A stretch of 52,298 bases of DNA from Basidiobolus meristosporus CBS 931.73 (Eukaryota; Fungi; Basidiobolomycota): assembly GCA_002104905.1 (NCBI GenBank), contig MCFE01000620.1, positions 1 to 52,298 of the forward strand. The letters are read 5' to 3'. Under the pieces are notes generated by a model. It did not search any database. It was not told where the DNA came from and saw only the letters and a list, made by a program, of their open reading frames with translations. Numbering within the stretch: position 1 is the first letter of the stretch; each line of letters opens with the position of its first letter. Position numbers and translations under genes: made by a program. This document shows positions 23,303 to 36,976 of this stretch, piece after piece.

Positions 23303-26300
23303 GAATTGAGAAAATCAAGCGCCAATCAGAAGGAAGACAAATATGCTTTAGTCAGCAATGATAACTAACAAAAGAGGTATCCAAGACCTTACAAAGGCAA
23401 TTGCAACCTGTTTTGCAACTACTGCAAAGGGAAAGGACACACATCAGACCAGTGTTTCCAAAAGAGATAGTCAGCAGAAAAAGTCTGAATATGGAAATAA
23501 TGCAGCATCTGATAATAAACTATTCATATCTGCACTAAATATGACCACAAACAAGGATTCTCAGATGTGGTGCATTAACTCTGGAGCATCTCAACACTTT
23601 ACACACCAAATAGAACTTTTTCCCAATATCAAGAAGTTCCAATCAAGAAGGTTTTCATGGGTGACAATAGAACACTTGATGCAGTGGGAGAACAAACTAT
23701 CCAAGAAAGCCTTAGAAGCAGTGAAGGAAGCCATATAATGACCTTTAAAGAAGTACTCTATGTACCAGAAATAGCCAAGAGCCTACTATCTGTAAACAAG
23801 GCCACTGCAGAAGGACTCAGTTTCAGCTTTGACAATTCTGGATGCAAGATCACTGATCAAAATGATGCCCATATTGCTTTCAGTATCAGAGATCAGAATG
23901 TATACAAGTAGACTTATATTCCATCTTGTTTGGAAGCCAATATAAGTAACTTAAATGAAGAAACACCAATGCTTTGGCACAGGAGATTTGGACGCATCAA
24001 TTTTGATTATTTATACAAAATGATTAAAGATCAGCTAATTTCTGAAGTAAAAATGGATCCCCCAGCTGATTTGGAGCACTGAGAAGCCCATGTATATGGA
24101 AAACAAGCCAGACAACCAGTCAATAGCTTTGAGTTAATCAAAATTAAGAGAAAATTAGATCTATTTCACTCAGATCTGTGTGCCCCTATGCAAAATTTAT
24201 TCTTAGGCAGAATGAAGTATTCAATCACTTTTATTGATGCTTATACAAGATACATGTGGGTCTACTTCATGGAGAGAAAGGGAGAAGCTCTGTCAAAGCT
24301 CAGGGAGTTTAAGTCCATGGCAGAGAGAGAAACTGGTGAAACAATTAAGAAAATACACTCTGACTACAGTGGAGAATGTACCACAAAACTCTTCATCTGC
24401 TTCTACAAGTTCATGGGATGAAGCAAGAAATTACTGTACAATACTCCCCAATGCAAAATGGAGTAGGAGTATATGCAAACAGATCTATAATTGATATAGT
24501 AAGATCTATGATTCCTGATCAAACATTATCCGATGATTTTTGGGTGGAATCAGTTGCTACAGCTGTATATCTAAATGATAGGAGTTATAACAGATTACTT
24601 TGTAAATCTACCCCATTTGAAGCTTAGTATGGATATAGACCAGGTGGAGAACATCTAAGAATAACTGAGTGTACAGCATATGCCAAGAAACTGCCTGGAA
24701 ATCAGTCAAAGTTTGAGCCAAAAAGTGTAAGATGCATATTTTTGGGTAACTGCAATGTGAGTAAGGCTTAGAGACTCCACAAATGCAAAGCACAAAACTG
24801 ATTAAGTTCAGGGATGTGTTGTCTGATTAAAGTTCAAGATTTTAACAAAAATGACTTCAGATGATGACAAGAATCTGATCTTCAGTCCACCAATAGTCAG
24901 GATTAAATTAATGCAAGACAAGAAGGTTCTTTTCACCCAAGAGGACTCTGTAATTGTGGTTCAGCCTGAGTCAGTGCCAGTAATATCCCAGAAGTGATCA
25001 CTCTCATATAACAAACCAAGAGGTCCAACTAGACCAGGAATAGACCAAATTACTATATCAATGTGGATTTCAGCTTAGCACAAGCCTGTTCAGTCCTTAA
25101 CAATGAGCCCCTGACTGTAATAGAGGCCCTATATACCCCTCAGTCAAAGTTTTGGAGATCTGGAATGTCTGAGAAATATCAGGTCCTAATGGAGAATCAA
25201 ACTTGGGACTTAGTCAGATTACCAATCAACCCAAAATCAATTGGATGCAGATGGGTCTTTAATATAAAATACAAGGCAATGGTACAATTGAAAGATAAAA
25301 AGCAAGACTTGTGGCCAAAGGATACTCTCCAACAAAAGGACTTGACTATGCTGAGACCTTTGCACTGGTAGCCAAGTTTAATCCCATCAGATTAATACTG
25401 GCTGTTACACCCAAACATAATTTTTTGTACATCAAATGGATATGAACACTGAATTTTTGATAGAAGAACTTGATGAGGACATGTATATGTACCAGTCTGA
25501 TGGACTTGCTGACCTAGATAACCCCTATTTGGTCTGCAAGCTTCAAAAGTCTCTATATGGTCTCAAATAATTGCCAAGAGCCTGGGGTTGCACAATAGTT
25601 TCTTATCTAGAACCTTTGAGTTTCCAAAAGAGTATTACTGACTATAGTATGTAATATAAGCCAGATAGAGCAAATCCATTTCTATTAGCTCAATAGGTAG
25701 ATGACCTTATTATAGCCTTCAACAACCCAGCAACATTGGAACAGACTAAATCCAGCCTATCTAAGAAGTTTAAGATGTCCAATCTAGGAGAACTCAGCTG
25801 CTACTTAAGGATTAAGTTTCCCATAGACAGAAGTACCCAAAATATCACCCTATGACAATGTAAAAATATTCCGGATATACTAAGAAGTACCAAATGGAAG
25901 ACTGTAAACCAGCAGCTACCCCAATGGAGACGGACCTCAGCTTGGTCACAACTCAACCAAATCAAGAGAGCTTGAGCCATCTAAAAGCCCTGATCTTCCT
26001 TATCAATCCATGGTCAGCAGTCTAATGTATATCATGCGTGGAACATGTCCAGATTTCTCATATTCAGTGGGAGTTATCAGCCAGGATAATCAGAACTATG
26101 GATCTGATCATATAGTAGCAGATAAGCAGATTTTTAGATACATAAAAGGAACTGCTGATAGCTGCTTAAGATACACTTATAAGGACTCAGAACAGAATCC
26201 TGTGGGATAATCTGATGCTAACTGGGAATGATATTTGGAAGACAGAAGATCCACCACAGGATATACCTTTCTTTACTGTAAAGAGGCAATTGCATGAAAC

Positions 26301-26801
26301 TCAAGAAAGCAACTGACTGTAGTATTTGCTACCACCAAGGCAGAGTATATGGCAGCATGTGAAGCTACAAAAAAAGCAATGTGCTTAAGAAAGCTTTTTA
26401 CAGATTGAGGCCTATGTCAAACAATGCCTATTACTTTATTTCAAGATAATCAAGGATGCATACAATTAGGTAGAAATCCAACTTTTCATGCTAGAACTAA
26501 GCACATAGATATTAGACATCATTTCATATGTGAGGCTATGGAGAATTACTTAGTTAGCTTAGTTTACAGTCCTTCAGATGAAATGATAGCTGATGTAACT
26601 ACCAAATCATTAGCTAGAGACAAGTTTGAATATCTTAGGTCAAAATTAGGACTAGTCAGTATGATCATTTAGCTGAGTGGGAGGGCTGTAAAATTTGTAG
26701 TTCCACCTAAATACTCACCTATTCAATAAATCATTGAGTGAAAACCACATAATCTACTTGTCCTCCCAATTACTTCTAATATCTCCAAGACACTAACAAC
26801 A
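23303..26801 (+). mobile_element. Ty1/Copia copy D, begins mid-gag; internally deleted 3' LTR 26684-26801
   Basis: Collinear with copies B and C. The LTR is only ~118 bp, joining CACCT to ATTCAATAAATC. Confidence 0.92.
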
Positions 26802-28069
26802 CTAAAAAGCTCAAGATGTCCAATCTAGGAGAACTAAGTGCCTACTTAGGGATGTAGTTTTCCATCAACAGAAGTACCCAGACTATCACCCTAAGCCAAT
26901 CCAAGAATATTCAAGATATACTTAAGAAGTATTAAATGGAAAACTGTAAACTGGCAGCTACTCTAATGGAGACACACCTTAACTTGATCAAAGCTCAACC
27001 AAATCAAGAGAGCTTAGGGCCTTCTGAAAGCCCTGACTTTTCCTATCAGGCTATGGTCAGCAGTCTGATGTATAACATGCTTGGAACATTTCCAGATATC
27101 TCATATTCCATAGGCGTATCTTAAGCAGATATCTGCAGGTCCTTATAGGTATCTAAAAAACCTGCTCAACTGCTGCAATATGATCAGATCCATAGTTCTG
27201 ATTATTCTGGCTGACAACTCTTATGTGGATTCCAAACAGGATCTTGTGGGATGCTCTGCTACTGATTGGGGAAATAACTTAGAAGACCAGAGATCCACCA
27301 CAGGATACACCTCTCTCAGCTGTAAAGGAACAACTTCATGGAATTCAAGAAAGCAACCAACAGTAGCACTTTCTAACACAGAGACAGAGTACATGGTTAC
27401 CTGTGAAGCTACAAGAATGTAATGTGGTAAGGAAGCTATCCAAAGATTAACGCTTATGTCAAAAAAACACTTATTACTTTATTTCAACATATTTAAGGAT
27501 GTGTACAGGTTAGGTAGAAATCCAAGTTTTAATATTAGAACTAAGCGCTTATATATTGGACATCACTGCATATGTGAGGCTATAGAGAAAAGCTTAGTCA
27601 GCTTAGTCTACCCTCCTTCAGATGAAATGATTGGAGACATATTTACCAAATCATCAGCTAGAGACAAAATTGCATATCTTAGGTCATAATCAGGACTTGT
27701 CATGATGACTATTTAGCTGAGTGGCAGTGTTGCAATGACCTATATTTCCACTTAAGTACTCATATAGCTTAGTCACTCTGATCATTACCTATAAATATTA
27801 GAAAATACTGACCAAAATTTTTTTAGGGATTAACTATGAGTATTCTCACCATAATACCAGGCACCCAGTGCATGAGAATTCTCACATTGTTCCAAACAGC
27901 ACCAAACTTTGCACACATGCTCTTAGGGCTTTCCTAGGCCTACTCTGTGTGTTAGCTATGCCCAGACTATATAAATGTAGGAATAATACTTTTGCACTCA
28001 ATATAAGTGAAACCACATAATATACATGTGCGCACAATCACCTTCAATATCTGTAAATCTCTTACAGCC
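26802..28069 (+). mobile_element. Ty1/Copia copy E, RT C-terminus to 3' LTR (27728-~28069), containing a 105-bp inversion
   Basis: ORFs 26936, 27180 and 27456; PPT AGCTGAGTGGCAG; diverged LTR. Confidence 0.88.
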
Positions 28070-28510
28070 AGTCTTGCCCTCCCATAGCATGATAGAATTA
28101 TCTGTGAGCTTTGTCTTTACCACTGTTGTAGCGTTTCAAAGACTTACAATGTTTCTCTGCTGCTTCTTTGGGAAATGACCCAATCCTTGCCTGTGACATT
28201 ACATTACTAAAGCTCCTCCTTTATGGCAATGCTAGTGTGTGCTCTACCATGGATACTGAATGCTCTACAAAGACTATCCACTCATCCAGTCTCTGGGTTA
28301 CTTTGTGATTTTTCTAGGTCATTGCATATATCCTATTAGCTATTGCACAAGATTGCCTCATTAATACTATGATATGAGTTGACAACCAAATGCTAATACT
28401 GGTAGTGAAGATGTTATAGTGGTCATTTTCTGGTCTTCCACTGGAGATACTGCATAAACTGCATTCTTATAAGCCTGAGCATTCATGGTCAGCTTGCAAC
28501 TCTGCAAAGA
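28070..28510 (-). pseudogene. Second, 5' fragment of the accessory ORF lying downstream of the transposase
   Basis: The reverse complement aligns with 10020-10440 (reverse) and 36650-36976 (GCAGAGTTGCAAGCTGACC..GAAGACCAG..). Confidence 0.7.
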
Positions 28511-28564
28511 CTCTTGATTGTGCAATTCATATATTCCAGTGTAGAATCACCTGTCCTTATATGC

Positions 28565-30663
28565 TTACCCACTACTACCTTTGGTATTCCCCATATAGTT
28601 TAAGGCAAAAAATACTATGGCCTCCTGCTTACTAATCTCTACATATGTGCACACCTGCCACAATTGACATACTTTTATGACATTTGCATTACGGCTTTTC
28701 AGTGTGATACTTGCAAAGTTGCCATATACCTTGTACTGCTGGTAACATATACATCTTGTAAACATATGCTTGATTTCCACCAATTTTGCAATGAATACCT
28801 CCTGAATTTCTGCAAAGAATTTTTTGGTATTTAGCCAATATACTCCTTCTCCCTGCTAGATTCTAGTCCCTCTTATAAGTGCATTCTAACTCCTGTTTGT
28901 GTGAGTTCAGTATTGAATGGTGTAGATATTGGCTTGTAACCAAGAGAAATCTGGCATACCCTGGTAGAATTTTCCTAATAAAATTAGTTGCTTATTGCAT
29001 CCAACCCAACTTTGCATTACCTAACTGGTTACCCACACATTGATGCTGCTTAGCTTCTTAATGCAATAGGGATAGGTGTCTCCATATGCACATCAGTCCT
29101 CAGAATTTTCCAACCCTTCCTGGCTGTCCTCCATGTGCCAACTCATCACATCCATTACATACTTGAAGGTAATATTTTTGATGAAATTGGGATATGGTAG
29201 TACCTACCACTTAACTTGTCTTCCTATCTCCCCACACATCTGCTCCATTGGAAACTCCCAAAAGGTGAAGCATGGTCCAATATTCTCAGCACACAAAGCA
29301 AGATGGAGTAGCAAATGGATACATTAGCAGCAGCAATCTGCTCATTCAGCCTTATGTTTGTAGTATAAATGCTTAAATCCCATCACAAACTCTTTGAACA
29401 AAAGCTGTAGATGCATCAAGTTGGCATTGATGATATGATTCTGGATAAAAATTCCTACAATGTTCACTTATGACTAGCAGTGCTTCCATTGTACACTTGG
29501 AAGAAATGACTTCAGAAGGCCACTTGAATAAATATATCCGGCTCATCCAGTCCTTGCACTTGTATTGTTGCATATGTATATGAGAATTGATTGGAGCCTG
29601 TGAGAAGTACATATGGTGGCAGATACTCTATAATATCCTGCCAATTCCTTCAAATTTCTCTGGTATCTCACAGAGCTCATTTGGCTAGAAGTGCCCCATG
29701 TGCAACTTGGTCATTAGTATAGAGATATGGTTGAGAAGCTAGTGCATTGCTCCTAGTGGAAAGCTTTTGCTCCAAATGATTCCCTCTATCTTAAGTATCT
29801 CCAATTTTCAATTAATTCCATATTTCAGCTGATGGCTTGTAGCTTGACAGCTTTGCAGCAGTTGCATGCTGACTTCTATGCATTCTTGCTGTGGAGAGAT
29901 GATGTTCCTAGTGTAGGTGTTTGGGTAATAATAAATGTGCAAGTTATGGAATAGGTCGCTTGAATCTCACACATTTGACAGCAATGCTGTCCATTGTGCT
30001 CAGAGAAGCTGGCTATCTTGCTGATGGCTGGGGTACCTCTAATGAAGAAAATAATATGTGCTTTGACATGATGCCCATTTACTGTTATACTGCTGGAAAG
30101 CATACAGAATTCATCCAGCAATGGGTACAGGTAACTATCAAGTTGGGATGGTAATTTTGGCCCAGATACCAGTGAGACTACTATCAGATTCCTCCACTGA
30201 TACTGCAGGGCAGGTGGCAGATTCAGGCTGATGAGAATCAGTGGCCAGCAGGATTTGCTGGTAGAGTACTTGTTTAATGAGAATCTATCAAGCGCCAAGG
30301 CAAAGGCATGGTAATACATACCTTCAAAGTAGCCCTTGCTTCTTAGCTGTTTGCAATGTTTGCCATCAACTATATTGGATAAGCTTTGTGCTTGATTGAT
30401 ACTGGGTGGAGTACTTTGTAGCTTCACAATATTTGTCAGACTACATGAACTTCTTTAGACTGGAATATATCAGGAGTGTGAGCAATGTTTTCCCCCATTG
30501 GTGGTGGAATCCTGACAAGTTGGACACCTTGCAATGGTGGCATTTTCTGATGTGAATGCCATGCAACTGTTAACACATGCTGGTATCAGGATGGCCCCTG
30601 GGTCATATGTTGCCACATGCATCATACTTGTCCATTTATACCATGTACCGGGTAGGTTGCATC
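28565..30663 (-). pseudogene. CACTA Tnp2 (Transposase_21-type) core and C-terminus; N-terminus continues at 35667-36250
   Basis: ORF 29876-30427: SNIVDG..ALALDRF..SCWPLILISLNLPP..N.IVVSLVSGPK.P..LDSYLYPLLDE..GTPAISKI..HNGQHCCQMC, which matches the Tnp2 motifs. Confidence 0.9.
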
Positions 30664-33600
30664 TGTCATGATCACATGACATAACTGGTCTTAATGTTCA
30701 AGCTATATCAAGTTGGTGAAGAAATTGCTGTTCCTTCTTGAAAGTTTTACTATATTCCAGCAACTTCTGGAAAGCTCCAAGTCAATGTTACACAATGATA
30801 CATTTTATGAAAGCTCCCCTTTAGAATTGAGTTAGCCAAATACCATATATGGTATTGAATGTCACATGATCAGCTGACTCTGTACATATCCCCATGTGAT
30901 ATTCTAATCTGTTCTTTAATATATTTCTATCTTCATTGTGTCATCAGCATAGTCAAACACCACCAGTTGCTACAACCCAATTGGTTCCCAACAAATCAAG
31001 CAAAAGTTGGTTATATCTCTGACCTACTTACTGGAACTGCCCAGATATGGTTCTCCCATTTGGTGGAAACCAACTCCCCTCCACTCAGTAACTGCCATGC
31101 CTTCCTCACAGAAATGGAGCTAACATTTGGCAATATTGACCAAGCCAGAACTGCTGCCAACAAGATCAAGAACTTGAAGCAAGGAAACAGACCTGCATCT
31201 GCCTATGCTATTGTTTTCTGGCTACTAGCCAGTGACTTGAGCCTTTGCGGTGATGCTGCCATAATAAGTCAGTTTCAATATCCAGAACCTACTGCTCACA
31301 CTCCATGACCTAACTACCTTGGATGGTACTATATATCAAGCAATCCAATGTGACAATCACCTTTTCCAGAAAAAACAAAAGTTCTGACATACTTATCAGC
31401 CAACCTCCTTCCCAGTAATCCAGTCACCCAGTACTAAGCCTGATGATGCTATGCAAATTGACAGTGCCAAATATAAGAAACTGACAAAAGAAGAAAGATC
31501 CAGACATCAGCAGGCAAACCTCTTCTTTTACTGTGGCCAACCATGCCACTTTGCCAAGTCTTGGCCCAACAAGAATTTCAGCCTCAAACTCCTGCAATCA
31601 TCCAGTTGACAGCCTTCTCCAGAATTGTTGGGAAACTCCAGTGTCCAGCTACAATGACAGGCTGGTAACTGGACCCTCTAATGAAAATTCAACACATTCA
31701 AGAAACATCACATGCTACCAAGTCCATTCAGTCCTTAAGAATGCCTGTCAACATCTATATCCCTGAATCCAGTCCTGTCCACGCCCTTGCCTTCATATAT
31801 TTTGGTGCTTCCTACTGCCTAATTTACCAGTTCTTTGTCAAGAAGCACAAAATACCCACTATCCTGAGATCATGTCCTATCCAAGTAGAAGTTATTGATG
31901 GAAGATCTCTGTTGTCTGGTGGCATTACCCACAAGACAGGTCTATTCCAGCTGTCCAGTACTGGTCATCATGAGACAATAGCCTTTAACATCATCAACTC
32001 TTCCCACTACCCCATAGTTCTTGGAAGCTTATGGCTTAGTCACCATAGCCCAGCTATTAATTGGAAGACCAAAACCCAACATTCCCCAGAGTCCATCAGG
32101 TCAGCTCTGTGAAAGCACTTGACTTCTCAGGTGAAGATGTATCTTTTTGCCAACCCCAGACCCAGGAGCCCATCACCACTGAAGGAACCCCCTCTAATGG
32201 AATACCTGCAAAGTATCAAGAGTGTGCCCATGTCTTTGCTAAGTAGAAAGCAGAACCACTCCCAGCACATAGACCCTATGTTTATCCCATTGACCTTGAC
32301 AATGGAAAAACCCCACCTTTTGGCCCTATCAACAACCTCTTGCAACCTGAGTTGAAAGAACTCCATGGCTATATCCAAGAAAACCTCCAGGAAGGTTTAT
32401 TCAGCACTTTAAGTCCCCAGCTGGTGGCCAAATCCTCTTGGTCAAAAAAAAAGGATGGTACCCTAAGAATGTATGTAGACTGCCATGCACCAAATAAGAT
32501 GACAATCAAGAATCAGTACCCTTTGCCCCTGATCAACTCTCTGCAGCCAAAGTATTTACTAAAAGTGACCTCAGAGGAGCTTATAACCTTGTTAGGATCA
32601 AGCCTAGCACTGAATGAAAAACTGCCTTCAGAACAGGCTATGGTCACTCTGAGTATAAAGCTATGCCATTTAATCTCTGCAATGCCCCAGCTCTCTTTCA
32701 ATACTGATGAATGACATGCTCCATTAGTACCTTGACCAATTTGTGGTTATCTACCTTAATGATATCCTGACATACTCTATGACTCACAAAGAACATAATC
32801 CCCATGTGAAGAAAATCTTGACAAAGCTTCACACTGCTGGCTTCTATGCCAAGCTGGAAAAATCTGAGTTTAACCAGAAAGAAGTTGAGTTCCTAGGTTA
32901 TCTTATATGCTCAAATGAAATAAGAGTGGACCCCAAGAAAGTAGAAGCCATTCAATCCTGGAAAACTCCCTGTTCTGTAAAAGAAGTGCAATCCATCTTT
33001 GGATTTGCCAACTTCTACCGTAGATTCATTGTTAACTACCCCAAGATAGTCACTCCCTTGACAAAGCTCACCTAGAAAAATCTGCCCTTTGCCCAGAATA
33101 AGGAACAATCTGAGTCCTTTGAATCTATCAAGAAATCCTTCTTGTGTGCTCTACTGCTTGCCCACCCTGACCCTGTGAGACTTTTCATCATAGAAACCAA
33201 TGCCTCTGACTTGGCCCTTGGTGCCATCCTTTCCCAGTATGATGACAAGATTGCGCTAAACCCTATTGCATTCTGCTCTCAAAATTTACTTCAGCTGAAG
33301 TAAACTATGAAATCTATGACAAGGAACTACCTCCAAGCATTGTGGCCTATGAACAGTGGAGACACTACCTTGATGATGCAGCCCAAAAGATAAAGATCTT
33401 CTGGGACCACAAGAACCTTGAGTACTTCACTGCCTCAAAAGTACTGAACTGGAGACAAGTTGGATGGGCCCTCTTCCTGTCCAGCTTTGACATTATCATC
33501 ACATAAAAACAAGGTACAAAACAAGCAAAGCCTGATGCCCTGTCCAGAAAGGTGGAGAATTTCCTTGAAGAAGGGGACAATGCCTGTTGGCAAATGAAAA

Positions 33601-35666
33601 CCCTGTACTCAACAAAAGACATTCTCCAACTCCTTGCAGCCCAGTCCTCCAGTACTATAGCTCCTTTGCTCCTTGAGAAAGTCAAGACCAGCCAAGCCAC
33701 CCACTCCACAGCAGCAACAATGAATAAATAGCTCAAGTCTCCCACTGAGCCACCACCCAAGTTCCCAAGCCTCCAGCACGTAAATCTAGTTAATAACATC
33801 ATCCATCACTGCGCCAACTATTTGTCTCAGACCTTGATACCTGGTTGGATATCATCCATTCTTGCAATGATTCAATTGCTGCAGGATATTTTGGTACTGC
33901 CAAAACCATGAATACAATCAAGAGAGCTTCCAGTGGCCCAAGGTGATATTTCTTGTCAAGGTGTACCTCTAATCATGTGATACATGGAATAGTGCAAAAT
34001 CTGCTAGATAACAGCCACATGGACTTCTTCAACCCTTACCAATTCCTGACCAGCAATGGGAGTCAATTTCAATAGACTTCATAGCTAACCTCCCAGAATC
34101 TAACCAATTCAATTCAGTCCTGGCAGTAGCAGATAGACCCACAAAGATGGCTTATTTCATTCCCTGCTCCCAGAATATATATGCTAAGCAGACTGCACAC
34201 CTGGCAAGCAAGAACATTTTCCAACTCTATGGCATCCCAAGTGACATTGTATCCAATAGAGGACCCCATTTCATATCAAAATTCTGGAGACACTTCATGC
34301 AATATCTTGGTGTGCAAGTCAGGCTCTCAACCACTTTTCATTCTTGGTCAGATGGTAAGACAGGGAGAAATAGCCAGATCCTTGAACAATACCTCTGGTG
34401 CTATATGAACTATGAGCAAGACAACTGGACCTAGCTGCTATCACTTGCAGAATTTGCCTACAACAACTCATGTCATAGTGCAACTGGTCTCACCCCACTT
34501 GATGCAAATCATAGTTTTCATCTGCAATTTGCTATTCAGATCCCAACAAGCCTTATGAGCCCCCCAGCAGCTGAACATGTGTCAACAATTCTAGAAATCC
34601 AAGAAACACTCAAGAAAGAACTATCCTCAATCCATGAGGGGTACAAGAAGTTTGCAGACAACAAACAGCAGCCTAGCCCCAAGCTTAATGAAGGTGATTC
34701 AGTATGGATCTTAAGAAGAAACATTGTGTCCAGCCACCCTTGTGACAAACTAGACTACCAGAAACTAGGGCCATTGAAGATCAAGAAGAAACATAGTCCA
34801 ATTGTATACCTACTGCAGTTGCCACCAAGTATGAAAATTCATGACACATTTCCTGTATCCCTCCTAGAACCATTCTGTGAAAGTACTCTACCCAGCCAGC
34901 ACCCTACATATCACCAATTCATCCAAGCAGACAAACATCAAGAGTTTGAAGTTCAGCAAGTATTAGATTCAGGTAAATTGAATCCCAACTTCACCATCTG
35001 GTAGACGTAAATGGTCAAACTTGGAAACCAGCAGCAAACCTCACAAATTGCCAAGATCTATTTGTGATATTTCACCAGACATACTTCAACAAGCCACAGC
35101 CCAAAGCTTGAGGAGAGCCATTAAAAAGAAGGGAATAATGGCATGATCACATGATATCCCTGGTCTCTGATGTTTGAGCTAAATCAAGTTGGTGAAGAAA
35201 TCCCAGTTTCCTCAAGAAAGTTCTACTATATTCTAGCTACATCTGGAAAGCTCCAAGTCAATGTTACACAACAGAGTATTTTATTGAAGCTCCCCATTGT
35301 AAATTATGTAGCCAAATACCATACCTGATAGTTGCATGTCACATTACCTAGTCATGTGACCAACTGACTCCTGACATATCCCCATATGATATTTTGGACT
35401 GTTCTTTAGTATATTTCTATCTTGCAACACTTACTGTGCTGCACCCCAGAAACCCATCTGTATTTGCCAATATCTCTTGGCATCTATATTGCCAAAAAAA
35501 ATAAATTGTCCTATCCCCCTTACGTACTTCTCAGTCTGATAAATACAGGTCTTAAATAAACAGTCTTGTGTTGGAAATCTGCGCTGCCTTGTTGATCCAC
35601 ACCTAAGTCCTTTCCTAGTCCTGCCTTGTCTGGCTCTACTCTCCTGCCTTGTGACTATTCATAACA
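30664..35666 (+). mobile_element. Chromovirus Ty3/Gypsy G2, near-complete, 5-bp TSD GCATC; 3' half of the 5' LTR, the PBS and the gag start are deleted
   Basis: TGTCA at 30664; 3' LTR 35139-35666 ends TAACA; GCATC at 30659-30663 and 35667-35671; gag (AKVGYISDLLTGTAQIWF), RT (YLNDIL, KEVEFLGY, GFANFYRRFI), RNase H, integrase, degenerate chromodomain. Confidence 0.95.
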
Positions 35667-36250
35667 GCATCCTGGAATGATCTTGGCAAGAAGTAGTAGT
35701 GAATCCCTAAAGCCCCCATTACTGATATTAGTAGAAACTTGCCACTTCTCTAGCCACAACATCACATCATTCAATAGTAGAGGAATTACTGGGCTCCAAT
35801 GAATTATTGAAGTATCCTTGGCACTTTTTTCCTCAGGTGCTGTCTCATTGCAAGATGAGATTTTGCTGTGCTCATGCAGGGTACTGTTGTTAGGGAAGAT
35901 GGGCTCACAATCCATCAGTGAGCATGCTTCTTTGAAGCTATCACTCTGCATGCCATAGTTAGAAGGCTGGGGTGAGCCTATAGGCATTGCACACTCACCT
36001 GACTCAGTTTGCGTAAGGTGACAAGTACGGCTAGGTGCCATTAAAGATATATCCAGTGGTTGGCAAGATATTGTTGGTACAGTAGTGGCTGGTGAGTGGT
36101 CAAATATGACCATGTGGCAAAACACAGGCTGTGAGCCTTTTAACAGTTTCTATGCTGTCTATGTGCTTCAGGGCTGAGAGAATTGCCACAATAGCCACAT
36201 GTTCTTTTTCCCTGCTTTTACAGTGTTGAATCAAAGTAGTCTTGTCCATG
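35667..36250 (-). pseudogene. Tnp2 N-terminal part of copy 2
   Basis: ORF 35655-36125 ..LLLAKIIPGC joins NLPGTWYKW..PACVNSCMAF (30663 downward) across the G2 site. Confidence 0.85.
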
Positions 36251-36976
36251 GGGCAAGCTGTCTGACACTCAACAATGTAATGCTACTGTATCACTCTTTT
36301 GTCAATACTCCTGTGAATTTAAGACAGTCTTGTATTTGTGACATTGCACCTCCATCAATGTGAGATTCAATGATGACCTGCAATAGTAAGCACTATAAAT
36401 AAAATTGTGGCACCACATACACATGTATATGTTTCACCATTTCCCCTTTGGTTAGACTCACTTCCGCATATATGCTCTAAAAAATAAAGCTAAGTCTTGT
36501 GGTTCCCAACCAACCGCCACCACTGACAGCAGCTTGCTTTGACATTCAGTGCTACACGTGGGCTACAACTAAAAAAGGCCTTGTGGACAGTTTGCCCACT
36601 GAAAATAATGATGCAGACTCCTCAGGCTCTCAGTCAAGTTGGCAATTGGGAATCTCCGCTGAGCTGCAAGCTGACCATATTGCTGAGGCAGACAAGAATG
36701 TTAAAAAAGTAGTACCTTCTGTTGAAGACCACTAAGTGGCCATCATAACATCATCACCATCCATATTAGCCAGTATATTGTTAGTTTACACCAAAGGATT
36801 AATGTGGCAATTAGGGGCGGTGGCTGATAGAACAGATGCAATGGCCTAAAGAAATCAGGAAATAGTCCACAAACATGATGCTTAGATAAAAGGTGTAGAG
36901 AAATCAATATCCTAGGTACAGAAAGCAGTATCTTTGCTGCAAAGAAGGGACTCAAGTAGCTCAATGTCCTGGCCAA

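Noticed and set aside
30859-31308. Domesticated PEG10/RTL1-like gag gene
   Set aside because: It lies inside an LTR- and TSD-bounded chromovirus and is broken by stops and frameshifts.
33365-33802. 145-aa and other antisense ORFs over pol regions
   Set aside because: They are opposite-strand shadows of RT, RNase H or integrase frames.
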